DNA of 64,000 bases, from the NCBI GenBank assembly GCA_002440825.1, contig DJVH01000095.1, positions 49,954-113,953 of the forward strand. Reading direction: 5' to 3'. The stretch comes from Bacteriovoracaceae bacterium UBA6261. Lineage in GTDB: Bacteria; Bdellovibrionota; Bacteriovoracia; Bacteriovoracales; Bacteriovoracaceae. Below the pieces are notes generated by a model that searched no databases, was not told where the DNA came from, and was given only the letters and a program-made list of their open reading frames with translations. The translations under genes and the position numbers were made by a program. Positions 59,002-64,000 of this stretch are shown here, piece after piece; the first letter of the stretch is position 1, and every line of letters starts with the position of its first letter.

Positions 59002-59721
59002 CTACGGCTGCTCTTTTTTCTCGTGGTCGCGCGGATCCGTTGATGTCGTTAGTTTTTTAATCTTTCCTTTCTTCAAAAGATCTCTCTCTATAATCCCTTT
59101 CGTACTTGGAATCATATGAGTTGAAAATGCCGTCACTTCGCCCTGCCCTTGCGCTTGAATCAAAATGTTTACACCGACCAAATCGCCAATCAGATAGCCG
59201 CCGCTGTCGAGAAGCTTATTCCAGGTCATTTTAAAGTCTTTTCTGTTGAGAGTTCCTTTCAGCCCAAAAAAGTAGCTGTCTTTTCCCCAGGCATCTTTCA
59301 TTTTTCCTTTATAAATTCCTTCCAGAACAAAAGGCTTCGCCATTCCTCTTATGGTTATAGTTCCAGGCAGAGTAAATGAATTGTCAGCTTTCAGCTGAAC
59401 CTTCCCCGTGCTTTTAAAATTGACAGTGGGATTGCTTTCGACAAGAAAAAACTCCTGGCCGCGCAAATGAAAATCGCGTTTTTCATCGCCCGTATCAATA
59501 CTCTTGGCCACTACGTCCACATTGACTGCGGAAATTTCTTTCTTGGCTTCATCAAATTTAAAATCGCCGTAAAAAGTTTTAAATTTCCCATCAACTTTAG
59601 TCATAGTCATATAATCAATATCGAAAGATATTTTTGAATGTTCTCTAACAATGACAAAATCTTTGGCCGAAGCAGAATAAATGATTCCACTCACTAGCAT
59701 AATTAATGCTGCCTTGAACAT
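59002..59721 (-). CDS. YceI family lipid/isoprenoid-binding protein
   Basis: signal peptide; HSKISF, SIDTGDEKRDFHLR, LNRKDF. Confidence 0.9.
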   Translation of the reverse strand: MFKAALIMLVSGIIYSASAKDFVIVREHSKISFDIDYMTMTKVDGKFKTFYGDFKFDEAKKEISAVNVDVVAKSIDTGDEKRDFHLRGQEFFLVESNPTVNFKSTGKVQLKADNSFTLPGTITIRGMAKPFVLEGIYKGKMKDAWGKDSYFFGLKGTLNRKDFKMTWNKLLDSGGYLIGDLVGVNILIQAQGQGEVTAFSTHMIPSTKGIIERDLLKKGKIKKLTTSTDPRDHEKKEQP

Positions 59722-59839
59722 AATGCCTCCTTAACTTAGTCTCTCATATTCTCAGATAATAGACGGGAAATCCAGATTTTGGATGAGTCGCAATTCACTT
59801 AAATTAGCACAATTGCCACAAAAGTATTATGCTCAATGA

Positions 59840-60685
59840 ATGAACATGAAACGTCTATATCAAATCAATTCTTTGGGTACACGGGAAATCTCTCATGGAG
59901 GAATTCGTGTAGAAAAGCTGGAACATCGTATTCAGCCGCGCGTCCCCTTTCCTCATAAACACGATTTCTATCAACTAATATTAGTCACAGCCGGTAAAGG
60001 CTGGCATGAAATTGATTTCTCCCGCTACACTGTTTCTAAAGGAAAATTCTTTTTTATGAAACCAGCGCAGGTCCACTCCTGGAACCTGAGTAAAGATATA
60101 AAAGGAATCGTTATAGAATTCAGCCGCGAAGCCCTTGGGCTGGATATTTCAGCCTTTATTGAAATCATGCCGGATTGTCTGAGTCTAAAAACGGATAAAG
60201 AATTTCAAACGATGCTAAATTTGGCGGATCTTATGCTGAATGAGTTCAATGCGAAAAAAACGCAATATGAAATTGCCAATAAAAATATTCTTGAAGCGGT
60301 TTTAATCTTTCTCGGGCGCAATGTAGATCTGAAGATGAGCGTCGTTGAAACAAAATCCAAGCCGAAGCTTCATCAAGTTGAAGAGCTGAAGAAACTTATA
60401 GAACAATTTTACAAGAACGAACACGCCGTTAATTTCTATGCAAAACAAATGGGAACAAACGCCAAGAACCTGACGATGGCCATCACCAGGGCCATTGGAA
60501 AATCACCGAGTCATTTGATTCAGGAAAGAATTTTACTTGAGGCCAAAAGGTATCTCGCCTATTCTGATTTAAGTGTATCTGAAATTGGATTTGAACTCGG
60601 CTTTGAAGATCCGAATTATTTTTCACGCTTTTTCAGAACACACACTAAAGAATCTCCCCTCACCTTCAGAAAAGAAAAAGTATAA
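59840..60685 (+). CDS. AraC family transcriptional regulator (cupin N-domain)
   Basis: PHKHDFY, QVHSW; C-terminal EIGFELGFEDPNYFSRFF. Confidence 0.93.
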   Translation: MNMKRLYQINSLGTREISHGGIRVEKLEHRIQPRVPFPHKHDFYQLILVTAGKGWHEIDFSRYTVSKGKFFFMKPAQVHSWNLSKDIKGIVIEFSREALGLDISAFIEIMPDCLSLKTDKEFQTMLNLADLMLNEFNAKKTQYEIANKNILEAVLIFLGRNVDLKMSVVETKSKPKLHQVEELKKLIEQFYKNEHAVNFYAKQMGTNAKNLTMAITRAIGKSPSHLIQERILLEAKRYLAYSDLSVSEIGFELGFEDPNYFSRFFRTHTKESPLTFRKEKV

Positions 60686-60696
60686 GGAGCGAATGA

Positions 60697-62736
60697 ATGA
60701 CAACCTGGAAAAAAACGGCAGTTTTGGCGCTCGCCCTGCTTGGCGTTTTTGCTTTGATCTTTGCCAAAGATCTTCCTCAGCGCAATCCAGAAACCATCTT
60801 CCTGACTGAAAAATCTTTAGCTCAATACAACCTTTTCCAGAAGGATGTTGCTGAAAAGCAGTCTCTCGTCATAAAAAAAACGACCACAGATAAAGAAGAA
60901 TTTTATCGGCAACTAAAAGCAATAGAAGATCTTTGCACCGACGAATGTGAAGTCATTAAAAATCCTGCGCGCGCCAAAAAAGGGATTGCCCAAAATTCAG
61001 CTGAAGACGATCTCATAAAGTTTGAAACAGATACTTTTTTAAGTGCTCTGGTTATGAGTGATAAAGATCAGGTTCAGAAAAAAATTCTTAAGCATCTTGA
61101 AAGTACTCCTTATTGGAGTGATTCATCGACCTCTTTTGCCGGAATTCCTTATACGAATTATCTTCTGGATAAATATTCTCTCGCTATCCAGGAACAACTT
61201 TTCCCAATGATGTTTTCTTTGGGGCTGATCATCGCCATTCTTTTTATCGGTCAGTTCAAAAATGCTCTGATAGTCTATCTGCCATGTTTATTTTCTGCGG
61301 GATTCTCACTTACTGTTCTAAAATTGATGTACGGTCAGATGAACATGGTGACATCCATTATTCCACTGGTCGTTTTCACTGTTTGTCTTTCCTTATCCTT
61401 TCACCTGTATTTTTCTCTGGTGGAATTAAAAACTCTAAAAACCTTTTTTAAGTACAAATGGGCTCCGCTTTTTCTGATGACCTTTACGACTTATATTGGA
61501 TTTCTCAGTCTCGGCTGGGCGGAAATTCGGGTCATCCGTCAATTCGGACTGGTTGCTGCCCAACTTGTTCTGGCTTGCACACTCTATATACTTGCCTGGT
61601 ATTACTTATGGGAAAAACCTATTGCTTCACATGTTAGACAGGAAAAAAAACAACTGTTGTTTTTAAAGAATATTTTCAATATTTCATTCTCAAAAAGCGC
61701 AGTTGCCCTGCTGGCCTTACTTGGAGTACTTAGTATTCTTCTCGTACCAACGCGACTGAATGTGGTCACAGATGCCACTCTTTATTTTCCTAAAGATAAA
61801 AAAATCAGAGAACGCATTGTTGAAAATACCCGTACGGTTTCAGGAATGCCGATCATGGAAATTGTTGTGGATCTTGGACATGACTTTTCTTCGCCCGACA
61901 TTCCAATGATGTCGGACCTTGAACAAGAATTGTCGACGTTAAAATACTCACAACCCTACCGGTTTCTTGCAAACAATTCTTTAATTAAAAAGGTGAACCT
62001 TGAATATTCCAAGAATAATGAAGTGCCCGCCGATATCAACGCTTACTTGCTTTTAAGAAGCCAGCTTCCGCTCTCTTTGCAGGAAAGTTATCCGGTTGAA
62101 GCAAAGTACAGAATAACCGTGCTGGGCGAACCTCTCAATGTGCGAGAGTACCTTCTGGATTTGAATACTGTTGAAAATTTTCTGAATTCAAAGAAGATAA
62201 AATATCGGATCAATGGCATTCATCACAACCTTATGGTTTCTCAAAGTGCCATGATTTCAGTTCTTACTGAAAGCTTTCTTTCAAGTGCGCTGGTTATATT
62301 TATCTTTTCTGCCTTTTTCCTGAAATCGCTCAAAACGAATTTAATATTCATGTTTGTGAGTCTGCTACCGGTGGCCCTTACCTTCGGAGTTATTTATTTC
62401 CTGGGCTTCACCATCAACATTGCAACAGTCATGACATTTTCTATCTCACTCGGACTTGTTGGCGACTCAAGCTTTCACATCATTTACGCAAAAAAAATCA
62501 GATTTAAGAATTTTGATGAATACAACAGAGGAGTGCTCTCACCTGTTATCGGCTCAGGCCTGCTTCTGTGTTCATGCTTTGGGATGTTTGTTTACAACAG
62601 CTTCATTCCTATCCGCCAATTCGGAGGAATTCTGGCCATTATTCTCGGTTTAGGGACGATTGTAGATCTCTATGTGCTGCCGACATTGCTATACAATTCC
62701 AGCAAGCACAAAGAAAATTACGAATCTACAAAATAA
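60697..62736 (+). CDS. MMPL/RND-family lipid exporter
   Basis: two repeats of one TM, periplasmic domain and five TM; IRQFG motif in both halves; SLGLVGDSSFH. Confidence 0.8.
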   Translation: MTTWKKTAVLALALLGVFALIFAKDLPQRNPETIFLTEKSLAQYNLFQKDVAEKQSLVIKKTTTDKEEFYRQLKAIEDLCTDECEVIKNPARAKKGIAQNSAEDDLIKFETDTFLSALVMSDKDQVQKKILKHLESTPYWSDSSTSFAGIPYTNYLLDKYSLAIQEQLFPMMFSLGLIIAILFIGQFKNALIVYLPCLFSAGFSLTVLKLMYGQMNMVTSIIPLVVFTVCLSLSFHLYFSLVELKTLKTFFKYKWAPLFLMTFTTYIGFLSLGWAEIRVIRQFGLVAAQLVLACTLYILAWYYLWEKPIASHVRQEKKQLLFLKNIFNISFSKSAVALLALLGVLSILLVPTRLNVVTDATLYFPKDKKIRERIVENTRTVSGMPIMEIVVDLGHDFSSPDIPMMSDLEQELSTLKYSQPYRFLANNSLIKKVNLEYSKNNEVPADINAYLLLRSQLPLSLQESYPVEAKYRITVLGEPLNVREYLLDLNTVENFLNSKKIKYRINGIHHNLMVSQSAMISVLTESFLSSALVIFIFSAFFLKSLKTNLIFMFVSLLPVALTFGVIYFLGFTINIATVMTFSISLGLVGDSSFHIIYAKKIRFKNFDEYNRGVLSPVIGSGLLLCSCFGMFVYNSFIPIRQFGGILAIILGLGTIVDLYVLPTLLYNSSKHKENYESTK

Positions 62737-63838
62737 ACGCGAAGTCGAAATCAAATTCATCACGCACTTTCGCGATGGCAATACTTGGATCCGGAAGACC
62801 CATCTCTTTTACCCCAAGAGCAGTGTGCCCTTTGATCAGGAAATGCTTGTCGTTTTTGGTGAGAGAAAACGCGACGTGCTTTGTGATCTTCTTGTCTTTT
62901 ATTTGAAAAATCATTTCAACTGACTGGTCGCCTTCTTTTAACTGAACCGGTCCGGCCACAGAGACCAGAATAGAAGGAAATTTCTCGATATCGAGAATCT
63001 CTTTATAAAGTTTTTCATTGCGTGCATTCACGTCGGTATCCAGACTGTCCCCAGCGAGAACGGCTTCCAGATTTTTTATAGCATTTCCATCCAGAACGTA
63101 GTGTAGCTTGATATTTTTAACGAATCCGTCAAAGGAAGTAGTCAGTAATCCAAGCTTGGTACTTTCACTCTGAAACTTGATATAGGAAGCAGATTTCTTA
63201 GCCTCACCGTACGTTTTATAATTTAAATGAAGATCTTCTGCAAAGGAGTTCACCCCTCCTAAAATCAAAATGGCCACGATGGCCAGTTTTTTACCATAAA
63301 AGAGATCCCGGTAATTCGATTGCTTCATAAGAGTGTTCTCCTCGAGTTCAATTCTTTTTGAAAGGATATATAAGTTGATGAGTGAAAATAAAATCATTGT
63401 GAAATAGGCTTTAAACAATAGTGGCAGGCATATCAGTTCAACAACAACAACGGCGTAGTTGGGATGCCGGTAATACTGATAAAGTCCGGTGTTTGCGATG
63501 ATATGATTTTTCATCGCAAGAACTTTTACCGTCCAGAATTTCTTCAGTTTTTCCATTGTGTGAAAACGAATCAACATTCCCACAATCAGAATTAAATAAA
63601 GACCTAGTGAAATGGCGGGAGTTTGAAATTCTTTTTTCAGGTTTGATTCAACGATCAGACTGATAAACCAGAGAGTGTGGAAAATCCTCATTCTTTTTGT
63701 TTCATAGGGATCCACTTCCTGCGCTTCATTTTCGCGCACAAGCCATTTTTCATTTTCATTGCTGATGATGAGCTCTGCAATTCTTTGAATGATATAAAAC
63801 AAAATAATCCCGTTTAAAACGAATGTATGCTTATCCAT
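62726..63838 (-). CDS. ICMT-family (BpsB/SrsB-like) methyltransferase fused to a YceI-like domain
   Basis: QRIAEL..NE, GLYQYYRHPNY, RIELEE; then signal-like KKLAIVAILILGGVNSFA and YceI-like LDTDVNARN..EMGLPDPS. Confidence 0.8.
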   Translation of the reverse strand: MDKHTFVLNGIILFYIIQRIAELIISNENEKWLVRENEAQEVDPYETKRMRIFHTLWFISLIVESNLKKEFQTPAISLGLYLILIVGMLIRFHTMEKLKKFWTVKVLAMKNHIIANTGLYQYYRHPNYAVVVVELICLPLLFKAYFTMILFSLINLYILSKRIELEENTLMKQSNYRDLFYGKKLAIVAILILGGVNSFAEDLHLNYKTYGEAKKSASYIKFQSESTKLGLLTTSFDGFVKNIKLHYVLDGNAIKNLEAVLAGDSLDTDVNARNEKLYKEILDIEKFPSILVSVAGPVQLKEGDQSVEMIFQIKDKKITKHVAFSLTKNDKHFLIKGHTALGVKEMGLPDPSIAIAKVRDEFDFDFAFIL

Positions 63839-63844
63839 TTTTCC

Positions 63845-64000
63845 CTACAACTTTTGAATCAAAGTCATTTCAGAACAAAAGGCCGGCCCCATTGCAAGCA
63901 TAAGCCCCATTTCATTTGCGGCTTTATTGTCAGCAATTGTTTTTTGGAGCACGTGCAGAACTGAGACGGAAGACATATTTCCTTTGTCACGAAGACTCTG
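63845..64000 (-). CDS. type III polyketide synthase, C-terminal part (runs off right edge)
   Basis: Manual translation QSLRDKGNMSSVSVLHVL...GLMLAMGPAFCSEMTLIQKL*; catalytic Asn motif GNMSS and GP(G/A)F. Confidence 0.85.
   Translation of the reverse strand, partial: QSLRDKGNMSSVSVLHVLQKTIADNKAANEMGLMLAMGPAFCSEMTLIQKL

Noticed and set aside
1-64000. Prophage, IS, integron, CRISPR, tRNA/rRNA or known anti-phage system
   Set aside because: No integrase, transposase, phage structural, cas or recognisable defence genes and no regular repeat-spacer array seen by eye

Overview
About 40% GC (estimated by eye), gene-dense bacterial chromosomal window. I found no rRNA, tRNA, CRISPR array, integrase or transposase. 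The gene mix suggests a predatory Bdellovibrionota (Bacteriovorax-like) genome: many orphan secreted proteins and lipoproteins, sigma28- and sigma54-type promoters, a MinD/FlhG-like ATPase beside a J-like/HTH protein and rluD, and a VKOR-DsbA fusion. This taxonomic call is inference. Housekeeping genes include yacG, an ilvC-like gene with panB and coaX, tcdA, coaD, leuS, metG, fadD, ade, dacB, rluD-pgeF, a TatD-family gene and ppa. They alternate with unannotated secreted proteins. Best leads: (1) a 1045-aa lipoprotein behind a sigma54-type promoter, with a duplicated Cys-containing domain and an aerolysin/PA-like Ser/Thr-flanked beta-hairpin, next to an outer-membrane barrel gene; (2) a secreted protein with a hydrophobic hairpin and a C-terminal FeeM/LuxI-like GNAT domain; (3) a sigma28-motif island of secreted proteins including a 1462-aa lipoprotein followed by a small membrane protein; (4) recurring sigma28 -10 boxes 6-8 nt before ATG, suggesting leaderless mRNAs; (5) a shared palindromic enhancer-like box upstream of both sigma54 promoters; (6) a type III PKS / ICMT-YceI / MMPL / YceI / AraC lipid cluster cut by the right edge. 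All family calls come from motif recognition by eye, not database searches.
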